DNA from: Amoebidium appalachense
Lineage: Eukaryota > Protista > Ichthyosporea
Assembly: GCA_963693365.1 (NCBI GenBank)
Contig: CAVNZM010000002.1
Coordinates: forward strand, 8,281,059-8,345,058
Reading direction: 5' to 3'
DNA length: 64,000 nt
Shown here: in pieces, positions 14,949 to 58,608 of the stretch
Position numbering within the stretch: position 1 is the first letter of the stretch
Layout of the letters: each line of letters opens with the position of its first letter
Notes under the pieces: model-generated
What the model was told of the DNA's origin: nothing
What the model saw: only the letters and a program-made list of their open reading frames with translations
Databases searched by the model: none
Program-made: the position numbers and the translations under genes

Positions 14949-14981
<33 letters not shown>

Positions 14982-15220
14982 TGCCCAACCCCTCTCCACC
15001 TCGCCCGTCCTTGCCCTTCCTTCCCTTTAGTGCCGTTGTGTACACTGTGTCGGGGTGTCGGGTATCGCTTTGCTCTAATAGAAAACACCCTCGAGTTTGC
15101 AATCCCATCCCACACTCCCTCTTGCTCGAAAACCACATGAAGAGTTCGTTTCAACGTAGGTTGGGTCACTCATTCTTATTGAGTAAAAGTAGCCCCCCCG
15201 CCCCCTCCTCCTCCTCCCCC

Positions 15221-15253
<33 letters not shown>

Positions 15254-15954
15254 GGTCCAGGACAAGTGCGTGCGTGCACTACCACCAAAAACCCCCCTTG
15301 CTGCTGCCCTTTTTTCCTACCTTGCTACCCCCCCCCCCCCCCCCCCGGGGCCCCGATGTATACTCTATGTATACTTTGCAAGTTCTGTGTCCGTCGTGTG
15401 TACTTGTCTACCTGTGACGCTTTCCTAACCACCACGTCCCCCCCACCCCCCTCTCTCCGCCCCCCGCCTACACTGAAGTAACATCCTTCACATAGCAGCG
15501 CACAACTGGTTTGAGTAATATGCCACACCAATCGGCCTTATCTATTCATCCTTCCCTCCCCCCTCCCCCCTCCCCCCCTCCCACCGTCCCCCCCTCCCCC
15601 AACTTCCAACCCCCCGCCCCCCCCCGCCCCCCCCTCCACCCCCCTCCTCACACACACGCGCACAGAAACACGCGCATCTCTCCTAGCTACTGTGCTTGTG
15701 TATGTTTTTTTTTGCATTTCGGCACTACGGGTGCTCAAACTAGTACTATGTACGACTTCCATGCCTTTGTGTTGTGACTAACTCAGCTTATCTCCTCTCG
15801 TTTCCCCACATGCTACCCCCCCACCCCCCAACACACACACACACACCCATCCTACCTCACCCACCCCTTCCTCTCACCCTCCCCACATCAAAAAAAAAGT
15901 AAACAAAAACAGCACATGAAATCATGAGACGCACGCACACAACAAACACACAAA

Positions 15955-16001
<47 letters not shown>

Positions 16002-16100
16002 CACAAACATGCCACCAAACACATGCAGTGTTTTTGCGAGAATGGGGATCTCTCGTGCCAGTTCAACAACGGCACCCTTGTTGATCCGTGGACGGTCTAG
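11998..16100 (+). CDS. TIMP-like (NTR/N-TIMP fold) secreted protein, 199 aa, 4 exons
   Basis: Exons 11998-12161, 13709-13772, 14270-14569, 16029-16100 join in phase via GT-AG introns (600 nt); CTAAC branch site precedes exon 2. Product: a 24-aa signal, then CQCLTVLRTTC...TIRLRI...RIRYTASVLEVF...TLETNNDTISCGIPTL...LSACNYYSSW...RCGC, then IDPL...GWS...TTCFCENGDLSC. The mature CxC start, IR, RIxY, TxxxxxxCG, CxY/FxxW and xCxC hallmarks align by eye with vertebrate TIMP N-domains. Confidence 0.78.
14806..14950 (+). repeat. 5'-truncated copy (C) of the structured-RNA repeat, in intron 3 of the TIMP-like gene
   Basis: ggtcgaaactc...gatgacgtgggccccccctgaggatgggctctgctta matches 48883-48940. The tail 'tacttcgtac...cgcattcaaa' plus poly-C is also shared with copy A. 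Confidence 0.85.
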
Positions 16101-16622
16101 CCCGGCCCGGCCATGCAACTTCGGCATAACTCCCTGCATTAGTGCATTAGTGAGATAATGCGCCCGAAATTACGGAAATTAAGCACGATGAATGGTAGAC
16201 TCGGTTAAAGTGTTGTGTTGTACATTAGGATATCTAAACCCTAAACATTATATCTGGATACTGTTAGTTGCGAAGGCACGTGCAACTTCCGCGTTGCCGT
16301 CCCTTTTTTTTTTGTTGTTTGCGTGCCGTTGGGATAGATCATCTCCTTATACTACTAGCCTTTATGTATATTCAACAGGTAAACTCTCACCGGATAACCA
16401 GTTGAAATGTTGGTTTTTGGTGACAACATGGGGTTTACGCTGTTTACTCGAGGCAAAGAGAGACCAGTCTCAGGTATGGGGGGGTTTTGCTCGGAATATC
16501 CCCTCAGCGGTATATCATGATCAAGTACATGTATGGATGCGCAGTGTGCACATTTTACATGTGCACTCTGGCATCCTTCTTACGTGCGCGTGTACCAGCA
16601 GGTGTAAGTTTGCGAAAGCATG

Positions 16623-16709
<87 letters not shown>

Positions 16710-16973
16710 CAATTATTGGGGTTAACAACCTGAATTCGATACAGTTCTTAGCAATGCCCGGGCTCTAGGTGAAGCGGCTGCCTCCCCCCATTTCCCCCCC
16801 CCTTCCACCCCCACCCCACCCCTGCCCTCATCCCCCGCGCCTACCCACCCACCCACCCGTTTTTCAAAAAGTCGGAGTATGAAGTACGCCTATGCAGACG
16901 CTGATATATATTTTTCGCGTGTGTGAGTGCGGTGGCTTTGAATATTATGCAGTGTATCTTACCGGCCTTTCAC

Positions 16974-17012
<39 letters not shown>

Positions 17013-17271
17013 TTCCCGTACCCTCTTAGTTATTACCATAACGCAAACTCCGGTTACCTGCCTCTCATGATTAGTTATGCATACATGCCTGTACTACCCC
17101 TAGAGCTTCCGTTCAGTTCAGCACGTGTAACATTCCCAAAACCCTACATGTACATTAGGCCCGTGGTGGTTCAGGATTAGAAATGGATGGTCAGGTGCTG
17201 TTGCTCGGATTCTGCATATCACTGCACTTCGGAGGAGGAGGGGAGGGGCGCCCAGGGGGGAGCCGGGGGAA

Positions 17272-17308
<37 letters not shown>

Positions 17309-17310
17309 GG

Positions 17311-17389
<79 letters not shown>

Positions 17390-18389
17390 GGGGAGGAGGG
17401 GGCAACTAGAGATGAAGAAGACCTTATCTTGAGTAGAATGCATCCTAAATATGTGTGGGAACCAGCCCTCATGAATACATACGGCCATAACGGCCAGTAT
17501 TCGTGTGTATGTGTGAATCAGTTTGGCAGATATTATCATTCAGCTACCAAATCGTCATCAACCAGAGAGTATATGATTGCAGCAAAACCAAAAACGAAAC
17601 GTACACAATAGGGTCCCAATAATAGAGTCCTAAGGCACCCATTTTGTTCTAAGATACGGCCTGCAACCTTTTCGTTAGTGTTACTAGTGGTATTGAGATC
17701 AATGCAAGAAATGTTGCCATTATCCGGAAAAAAACCCCGAGCACATTCACATATATACCATACTTCCCAACAATCTGAGTTCATATAATTTACAAACCAT
17801 CACACATGGAATCATGACAACTCCAATGTGTTGCAACGAGAGATTCGTTCATATTCATCGTTTCGGAAGGGGCAGAAGATATCGATTAGCTATTAAGGTT
17901 ACCGTAATTGCAAGAAAACATTAGCACCAGATCATACGGACATCAGCTCTCTCACCCGTTGCATTCACAGGAGCCCAGATTTGCAACAATCAAACCAAAT
18001 CCTTATCATCATATTATCGTACATTTGAACCTTCATGTACTTTGAAATTTACAACATAAGGTCGTGATTCTTTCCCAACACATCGTGACCATTACACAAC
18101 CACAAACGCATACATACCCATACATGCCTTCAAGCATAAATCCTCTCCCATCCTCCAACCCAAACCTACTCCATATACATGCATATAACTACTCCATATA
18201 CATGCATATAACTTGCGCATGTGCCCAACGGCATAGCTACCCTCACCTACCCCTTATGCCATGTGACATGCACGTGGTCCCTCCCCTACCTACCCCACAT
18301 GCACGTACAACCTACCCCATACACCCGTTCGTACAAGGTTAATCCCGTTTAACCCCGTTCATACCCACTTTAACCCCGGTTAACCCCAG

Positions 18390-41258
<22,869 letters not shown>

Positions 41259-42554
41259 TCTCGGTATAATTTGGAGTTTCCCCCCACTCCCCTCAAGAAA
41301 TTGGAAACACACGCCTATTCACTTTAACAACATAACCACCTCACTAAATGCACACGTATGATATTACACTCAGCTATAGCCTATGTTATCCGCCTACCAC
41401 CTACTGAGGCGGTGTCTCCTTTCTTTTTTTTTTTTTTTTTTTTTTAAACTTAAAAGGGACCGCCTGAGTAAATGTATAACGTCGCACGTGCGGCAACACG
41501 TCAGTACGTGTTAGGATATCCGCAAAGAGCAGGGCATGAATAGACCTTCAGTTGCTCAGGTTGAAATGGTTATATCATCCACCAGATTAGTCTCATTACT
41601 AATGACGTCACATCTGTTTTTGGCACGCCAAATTCTCTACCCAAGAAAGACTGATAGCATAAAAAAGACAACTTTAGAGTAGATAATGAAAGACTAGCCC
41701 AAATTGCCTCACAGATCTGGGCATGTTCAGCGCTCACTCACATGATTGGACAATCTATCTCCCTCACAGGGCTAGAAAGTTTGCCAAAAGGGGCTCACCA
41801 AAAAACCCTACTTTCAACGTTTTTCGAAAAGTGCAATCAAATATTTATCACTTTTCAAGATGTATTTACGGTGATATGCTGCAAAGGACCGAGCTATTAT
41901 TTGTCCCCTGAGAGCCTAACTGTTATTTGTCGTTTTGATTGGCTGCACTCTCACCTACTACCCTCCTAGACTTCCTATGGGGATTTCTGGCACACCATAT
42001 CAGTGATTCATGACGTTCGGCCGACAACCTTTTTTTTTTTGTTTTCTGGCTTGTCACAAAGTTTTGCGCCTCGTGCGTACTATTTCTCACTTTCAAAGTA
42101 GTATGTACAGCCACCTCAATTCTTCGTTTTACCCACTTTTTTCTCCCCTTTTTACTGGTTTATGTGTATGCCCCAGTCATTTGCCAGGTCATGCGAATGG
42201 TCTAGTAGGCCTGGCGTAATTCGCTGATGAGTTGTTCGCACCAAAACGAGGATCTGGCTTGAGCGATTTTGAACTCTCGTCCTAAGCTCAGTACCAGATT
42301 TTTCAACTATCAGCTTGAGATATTTGGGGCGTTTGATAAGGACGTGCGCGATTACACAACACAGTGGGGCACATGAAGCCAACTTATAGTGTCAACACAA
42401 CCTGCTAGCTCTTTGTTTCTGATGTTTTTGCTCTGAATAAATGTTGTTGGAAAGACAGTAATTTTGTAAGCCTGCGTGGTGTACCCCTGCCTTGTTTAGT
42501 TATTATTATTTTTTTTTTTTGAAAATAGAGGTAACGCAAGCGGAAAGGGCGGCA
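41259..42554. promoter_or_regulatory. Head-to-head intergenic region, candidate bidirectional promoter for ERCC6 and the RING E3 gene
   Basis: Divergent start codons 1.3 kb apart; nearly free of microsatellites. Contains TGACGTCA (CRE-like) at ~41603 and GATTGG (CCAAT) words at ~41744 and ~41937. Confidence 0.5.
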
Positions 42555-50703
<8,149 letters not shown>

Positions 50704-50879
50704 GGACTCCCCCTTCATCCTTGCATGTATACTACCAAACACCGTGTGACGCGTAACGATGCATTTTTACCCGTTACTAGAGCGCTTTTACCTACATTTT
50801 TTCGGCGACTAGCCCGAATATAACAATTAGATATATTTAAATTTTCACGGACTTCATTTTCACTTCGATCACTTTCCTT

Positions 50880-51689
50880 TCACATCGATTTTTTCTCCCG
50901 ACTTTTCATCATGGCAGGTATATAAGATCTTTCGCTTCTTTCTTTTTGTGACGGGACTGAAGTCCGGTGCAGGGGGGATGACCTCCAGGCAGGTGCTGGC
51001 GCAACTGGGGTGATGGTTGTTTTCTGCGGGCTGCAATGAGCTGGTGAGCTACCTCTCTCCATCATGGTTCTGTCTTCGCGTCCTTTACCCGCCGGGGTGT
51101 GCGGATGGTACTCTGATGGCCGCGAGGCTTCTCGTTTAGGGGGTTGGCGGCCCTCTGGGTTAGCGACGGCACCCTTTTTCTATGATGGCGGGCACAACTA
51201 AGTTTTCTCCAACTCTACGTTTTCTCCTTGGGGTGCACCTGCGGCTTGGTTGACGTCTCCTCCGCGGCACGCGTCCGGGGTAGTTTGTAGCCGACTGGGA
51301 CGTCGAGAAGCTTCCTCAGCCGGCTACAGTTACGGGCCCTTGTGGTGGCAGTTAGCTCTATAGCCTTGATTTGTGTACCCGCTTGCTTGGTAGTGTTGGT
51401 TCCTTTTGCATCTCCCGTTACAGCTAGGCTACCTTGTTTGGCTGCTATTATCCTTGGAGGGTTACTCCTGTCGCCGCGCCCCCTAAGGTAGTTTTGCAGT
51501 CTTACATGTTCTGTATTGCTCTTTTGAAACCTCGTGTGCTGCTCCAGTGATAGAGTTTTGGCCGAGGGCTGTGTCTCTAGAGCAGTTACAGATGGCTTCC
51601 TTGCAGTTTGTAGCCTAGACATCTTCGTGGCTTTGATGGAGCAATCTAGCCATGCCTTAAGCTTCTCATTTTGTACCCTGCCATCGATG
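50880..51689 (-). CDS. Possible 3' exons of an orphan gene encoding a basic, low-complexity protein
   Basis: Segments 51689-51239 and 51179-50880 join in frame across a 59-nt GT-AG intron (~250 codons). No recognisable domain; upstream exons are unresolved. Confidence 0.35.
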
Positions 51690-52310
51690 CTATTTACATG
51701 TTAACGTACACATTTACTCAAATTTCTGTGTGTTAACGTACACGTTTCACTCAATGATTTCTGTGACTCAATTCATATTAGGTCACCTTTATTGAGGTTT
51801 TTTTGTTGTGGCAGCCGAGATATCAACTTATCGTTTTCACTCCTGCCTTTAGTGTTTATTTGTATTTTTATACCTTTGGGTCGACGTCCGTATTCCAGTG
51901 AGCCTACTTCTCATTTGAGTGACTCGAAAATCGTCTCTCGAGATATCTGGGATATCTCTTTTTCGTGTCCTTCGAACATATGAGCACATCAATAAAGTCA
52001 TTATGAAAAAAAATATTTTCACGTATGGCTAGCTAAATGTTTACTGTTTTGAAGGATAACGGATTAAGGACGCTTTTGCCTGAAGCAGGTTCACAATTAG
52101 CATTGTACATTTTGGCCCCCTCCCCCTCCAACCCCTCCCCCTCCCTCCCCCCCCCCCCCCCCCCCCTTTCTCTCCCTCTCTCTCTCTCTCCCCCCCCCCC
52201 CCTCCCCCCCCACCCACCCACCCACCTACCCACCCACTCCTCATATCCTCCCGGCACACAACACACACACACACACAGGAGCAGGGACACGCACGGGCAC
52301 ACACGCGCAC

Positions 52311-52356
<46 letters not shown>

Positions 52357-53249
52357 GCGCTTGCGGAGTGTGCCGCTTGCCCCGTCATGCCCACCAGCAC
52401 ACACATGGACACAACACAGAAAGGAACATGTACACACCAACACACGCACGCACAGGCGATCTCACCGAAAGGGACACACCGACAAACAGGCAACACACGT
52501 GCACGCACAATGTAATTCACCACAGAAACACGCCCGAGCGGACAGTCACACCCCAACCCCCCTCCCGGATCCCTAAGCAAAAGGTGCACGTACACTCACA
52601 CACAATATCTGGAAAGAGGAGGAGGAGGGGGGGGGGGGGGGGGGGGGGGGGCGCACCCGTCACAATTACTGCATGAGGTGCACAAAAGATTATGACGTTA
52701 TCATGGGCAGCCTATGAAATCATACCCAAGTTGTTAGAAAACCCCTACACGAATTCGAAGATTGCAAATGTATAGATGGGCCTTCTAAATTTGTGAATGG
52801 TTTTAAGAGCATTCCAAAAGGAGTTTTGATGAAATTATAGCATACGCCATTTGAGCTCGTGTGCGAAACCCACGAAACGAATCTAGAACAGAGAAAAAGC
52901 AGTGCCACTGTGTCCGCAGACAGCAATATTATAATTAGGGCAAAAAAAAACTGCAATGCGCTTGAAGCCTATAGGTTTATTGTCATGTCATTGAGGGAAT
53001 ACTTCAGTCTTGCGTTTAGATAACTCAAACGTAAGACTGCACTTTCCCTCAAAGAATGACCTGGTGGCACGTTGGGGGACTAGAAGCCTTGAGTTAACTA
53101 CAGGTTATATATATATCTGTTCTTTGTTGCCATGGGTGGTGGGTGAAAGGGTGTGTGTTTATGTGTGTTTATGGGGAGAGGGGAGTGGGGGAGAGGGGGG
53201 GAGGGGGGGAGGAGGGGCAAGGGGGGAGGAGGAGGGCGGGGGCGGGGGG

Positions 53250-53330
<81 letters not shown>

Positions 53331-53498
53331 CCCCCTACACCAAAAAAAAAAACAAAAAAACAAAACAAAAAAAAAAACTTTGAATAAATAAAATAAAAAT
53401 TCATAAAACTTTCAATATGCAACTGAGCGTACGCATGGCATTGCGCGCAAGTGTGTATTTGTGGTAGTGTTTGTGGTAGTGTTTGTGGTGTTGATGTG

Positions 53499-53598
<100 letters not shown>

Positions 53599-53669
53599 GG
53601 AGGAGGAGGGGGGGGGGGGGGGGGAGGGGAAGGAGGGGGGGGGGGGGGGGGGGGAGGGGGGGGGGGGGA

Positions 53670-53722
<53 letters not shown>

Positions 53723-55814
53723 GGCAGGATAGGTCCTGGAGTGTGAAGCAATGTTCAACCTAAATCTGAACCGGCCGAAGCCTCCACATCTCTGAGCAGA
53801 TTATACGTTGTGCATGTGCAAGTGTGTGTGTGTGTGTAGTGGTAGATATTTTCGTGGTGCAAGTGTGTATATTTGCTCGTGTGTGTACGTGGTGGGGGAG
53901 AATAACATCAATTTCTGAGCATGTTCGCGCGCACGCATGTCGGTATTAGCCATGGATGTGTGCGAAAGTGTGCTTGTCAATCATCCACGCGCGGCTACGT
54001 GTCGGTCCGTGTGTTTCTGCTTGTGCATATTTGGCTATATGTGTGCGTGTGCCTGCGCGCTCAACACATGGCCTAGTGTATTGTCAACGCGTGCTAACAA
54101 TCAGTCTGTGTCTTATGTGTGTGTGCACGGGGGTGCGTGGGCGTGTTGACTGTGTGCTTGGTGCACACCTGTGGTGTATGAAAGATATGTGTGTGCACAC
54201 TTATGTGTTTGTATGCATCTGCCTGTGCGTGTGCTTGCATTACGGTTTGTGTTTTTGTGTTTTAAAGTGTGCATGTGTGTGCAGGCGCCTGTGTTTGATT
54301 ACACAGCCTGAGTACTTTGTTGGTAAGTTTTTGTATGTGTATGTGTGCATTTACAGATTCCTGCCGTGCAGCAGCCCATTATTCATGCGGTTACAAAAAT
54401 TAGGGGACGGAGCGAGGCGCCCAGGGAGGGGGAGGGGGAAGGGGGAGACGGGGGGGACGGAGGGGGGGGGGAGGGGGGGGGGGATGTATGCATTAGATGT
54501 TTGGAACTGATATATGAAGGAGGAGACGTCAAAAGGCAAATCACAAATACCAGAAAGGAGGGTAGGGTGGTAGGGCGGTAGGTCTCCGATCAGGATGAAT
54601 CGGGTATGTTCACGGGAAAATACACAGACCTGCCCTTATATAATATCCGTATGCAGTAAGTGGGTATTCGTTTGTGCGCTACGTGGATGTAATCGGGAAG
54701 CAGGAAAAGAGGGGCGGGGTGGTGGTGATAGGTGGGAGGAGGGGGAGGGGGTGGGGGGTGGGGGGGAAGGGATGTACATTCGTTACTGCGTGTGGTGTGT
54801 GTGTGTGTGCACGTGCGTGCGTGTGTGTTTGAAGGTGATGGAGGTGGGTGTGGTGTTGGTGGTGGTGGTGGGGGGGGGGGGGGGGGAGAGGGGGAGGGTA
54901 TCTGTGTGTGTGAGTCGGGTGTGTGTCCGTGTGTTTGTAAGGGGGTGGGGAGGGGGGAGCGGGGGGGGGGGGGGGAGGGGAGGGAGGGGGATGTCGGGGA
55001 GGAGGGAGGTAAGCAGAAATGCCGGGAAGCAGGAAAGGTGATGGGGGGATGGTCAAAGGGGGGTTGTGAATATGTGTGCGTGTTAAATGTGCAGTGCAAG
55101 TGTCGCTTTATGTCTGTATGCCTGTGAGCATGTCTACCTCCCCACCTAAGGTTCACGCATCGAGCCACACTAAATGCACAAACACGTGAACTGTTGCTCC
55201 ACGCAGGAACACGCTGCAGACCTTTGTGTCATGGGGGGTTCACACATGGGAAGTATGTAGAGAGGGGGAGAAAGGAAAAAACATAAGCTATTGGTAAGCA
55301 GACAGCCTGAGGAGGGCAAGAGGCAAGAGGGCAAAGCGAGATGAAAAGGAGGGGAGAGGGTGGGGTGGCCACTCGGTTGTGGTCGGGAAGGAAGGACGGA
55401 AGGGGGCAGTGTGGTGCTCGTACATGTTCTTGTGCAAGGGTGGGGGAAAAACAGAAAGACGTGTAAGGAAACCAAGTAGCTTTTATATATCTTTATTTTC
55501 ATAGTTAACGTTGCTTATATATATCAAAGTTTCATAATAACTAGTTGTGGATAAAGCGGGCCAGCTTCTAAATGCCCTCAACAGTGCGCGTATAAAAGTC
55601 AACATTATTATACATGGAAACACCATGGTGGAAATTTTTTTTTTTAAAAAAATCCTACAGTGGCCCAGCCACCCCTCTCTCTTTAAGCTTTACCTTAAAG
55701 CTCGTGTGTGCATTGCATTCGTCAGCAAAAAGACAAAAAAGGCCAAGTAAGGCAAGCGTCGGCTACATCACAAATCATTCGCAGGTGGGAGAACAGGTTA
55801 ATCTACGCACGTGT

Positions 55815-56762
55815 TTATCGTGGCCCGGTAGTCAGGTCGGGCAAACCAGCATACACGTTGGACTCGATACCGCACTCGTTGGAGCCCTGAGCAATACGGA
55901 AATAACCACTCTCGCCCCAGTCCTCACCCCAGCTGTTGGCAATGATCCAGTAGGGGGTGCCTGCCTCCTCCCCCCAGCCAACAACCTTGATGGCGTGGCC
56001 ACCCATAACGGGGCCAGTCACGTGCTTGTACACACCCCCACGGTAGCTCATAAAGTCCTGGTACACGGTGAAGGCAGCCTCCACGGGGCCATTCTTAAAG
56101 ATCTCCGCCTTGATTTTGTTAACCCGCTTGTCAATCGGGTCGAAGAACGACACGACGCTGTATGCATTGCTGGCCTTGTAGATGACCGGCTTCTCACCAT
56201 CCTTGCATGTCTTCTGGCAGGGGCCGGCATTGCCCGCCCCGGCAGTGTACGGCTCACACTCGTCAGATGGAACACCTCTTGAGGACATGTACTCCCACAC
56301 GTTGCGTAGCTGGCCACCGTGGCAGCCGAGGTCGGTGCGGTCACAGGCGACGAGGTACTGGGGTGAAAGGATGACATCCTTGCCAGCTATGCAGAAGCGG
56401 TCGGAGAGAGCCTCAGAGGCGGCAAAAGCCCAGCAGGAACCACACTTCTCCTGGTTGCGCACGGGGTGCACACACTTGCCCCACTTCTCACGGCCGTCGA
56501 AGGTGGATGGCAGGGAGCCGATGACATCGTCGTAAAGAAGGTCGTTGGCACCAACGTAGGGGGCGTCCTCATCGACCAGAGTGCCCATCATGGAGATCAT
56601 ATCGTCCATGGTGTAGTTGGCAAACCGTGTGTTCTTGCCTGCAATCCACGTACGGGTTGGGTGGTTGTTCACTTGGTTGATCACCTCATCCTCGTGGGCG
56701 AAGTTGTTGCGGTAGGCGGCAACGAAGCCGACAACGGCGCTGAGGGCAAGAAGCTTCTGCAT
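55815..56762 (-). CDS. CTSB: Cathepsin B-like cysteine protease (C1A), intronless preproenzyme
   Basis: Signal peptide MQKLLALSAVVGFVAA. CatB-type propeptide (VN..TWIAGKN.RF). Active-site motifs QEKCGSCWAF, SDRFC, GGHAI and IANSWG, then RIAQGSNECGIES. The ATG at 56762 is preferred over the longer ORF-track start. Confidence 0.95.
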   Translation of the reverse strand: MQKLLALSAVVGFVAAYRNNFAHEDEVINQVNNHPTRTWIAGKNTRFANYTMDDMISMMGTLVDEDAPYVGANDLLYDDVIGSLPSTFDGREKWGKCVHPVRNQEKCGSCWAFAASEALSDRFCIAGKDVILSPQYLVACDRTDLGCHGGQLRNVWEYMSSRGVPSDECEPYTAGAGNAGPCQKTCKDGEKPVIYKASNAYSVVSFFDPIDKRVNKIKAEIFKNGPVEAAFTVYQDFMSYRGGVYKHVTGPVMGGHAIKVVGWGEEAGTPYWIIANSWGEDWGESGYFRIAQGSNECGIESNVYAGLPDLTTGPR

Positions 56763-56866
56763 GGTTGAAACTAACACACCCTCTAAAGCGAAGGGATAAA
56801 ATGGAGAGGATAATAGTGAGAATGTAGAGGGTGGATGTTTCTGAACCAAAATGGTGGTGGTAAAGG

Positions 56867-57023
56867 TTTATATACGCGAGCCCACTTCAGTGGGGGTCAG
56901 ACAAACGCGTTTCCATTGGGTTATGTTGCGGCCCAGGCGAGAATAAAGTGAGCCGTGGAATGTGCTACCTGCTTTTTTGCTTTGATTGGCTCATGACTAA
57001 CCACCGCATCGCATTCTCATTGG
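56867..57023 (-). promoter_or_regulatory. Cathepsin B promoter: TATA box and three CCAAT boxes
   Basis: Minus-strand TATATAAA at 56874-56867; CCAAT at 56919-15, 56989-85 and 57023-19. Confidence 0.6.
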
Positions 57024-58555
57024 TTAGTTCCCATAACCGTTAGAGGGCGTGTGAAACAACGCAATGCTGCAGCAGCAGGCTCCATGCATGGGTCATAACG
57101 GCCGGGGGCCGCAGACGATATCTTTACATACGGTCAAATATTTAAAACACTTGCGCATGTAGAATAAGCGATTTAGATTGTTTGAATAAAATAAAATCAA
57201 ATTGAGCTTATTATTTAATGTTTTTCATCGAATACTTCAGGCTCATCCGACGGCGTTAACATAGCCAAGCCCAAGTTGCCCAACTATACACGTTATCATA
57301 AAAAGCATTTGCTGTCTCCGGTAGGTGCTCCTATTGGGCACTGGTCTCACATGACGGGATTTCATTGGGTGGCAAAGAAGCAACTGGTTGTTCGTGATTG
57401 GGGGCTCACACCCCCACCGCGTCATTTTTCTAGTGCATTTGCAACTATTCAAGTACATTATATGCTACTAACCAACTTAGAGATTTTACAAAAAAGATTT
57501 TACAGAAACTTGAATGGAGCCCATCAATGACAATTTTGGTATTTTATCCACTGATAGCCCTATGAGATCTATGGCCTCAGTTGTCAGCTGCAGCAATGCA
57601 CCGCACCGGCCATGTCCCTATGTTAACGTTCTGTGCTGATATGAATCATATGATTGTGCTTATTCGATACAGAATACATCCAAAGGATAGATCAGCCCCA
57701 TAAAGATAACTGCTTGTTAAAATTGACTCCATTATAGGAAATGGTTTGGTTTAGGCTTAGAAAATCTTACTAAAAGACATCCGGTACCGTAGTGAACTGG
57801 TAGGTTTATTTATCGACGGATTCCAGAGCCTACTTTATTGCGCCTACCGCCTTTGGATTGGTCAATCAAGCATCGGCAATCGTCAGCATGGAATGTAACG
57901 TTTTTGGGCAGCAACAAGAAGAACTTGCCCATTTTGATTGGTTCTATGCGCCTCTACTATTTGTCATCTCGTTTGGAACAGTTTGATTGGATTCATACCA
58001 TGTGCTCCGATTAGCGGTCCTGAAACTGGTGATGGTTGGGTGTTCCTGCACCGAAGAACGGTAAACGAACTTGAAGGAAAACGTCGGATGGCCTGGCTGA
58101 GGACAAAAAGAGAGAGCCTCGCCAAGAAAGAGAGAAAGAGAGAAAAGGTGATGCAGCCCTGCAGTCGGTAGTGGCTATTGGGAACCCCTCACGGGCTCGA
58201 TATTGACGAAGGGATAAGCGCCGGGATGTTTTGTGAGAACCACGATGTTGGAACAAAGTTTTCAGACTCGGAGGAGCCGCACGGTGGCCCACGGTGTGCT
58301 GTGCACATGCCCGCACGCGTACGTGCTCGAGAGGCTGGTATGTCTTGAGGTGTGTGAGTGAATGTCGGAGGTGGTTCAGGGTGGACGGGGGAAGGGGAAG
58401 GCGGGGGATGGGGAGCTTTGAATTCAATCAACGAGACTGGCCATGGTGGTACTGTACACAACCTGCTGACGTCCAAAGTAGCTCCAATATGAGCCTGGAG
58501 TGACGGACGTATTAGTTAGAGTACTAGAATGTGTGTGTGTGTCTGTGTGTGTGTG

Positions 58556-58608
<53 letters not shown>

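Noticed and set aside
18338-18389. TTAACCCC-like 10-bp repeats in the ERCC6 3' region as interstitial telomere
   Set aside because: Few, degenerate copies that do not match a regular telomeric array.
55614-56768. Plus-strand ORFs overlapping cathepsin B (and minus-strand ORFs within the MFS gene)
   Set aside because: Antisense shadows of codon-biased real genes.
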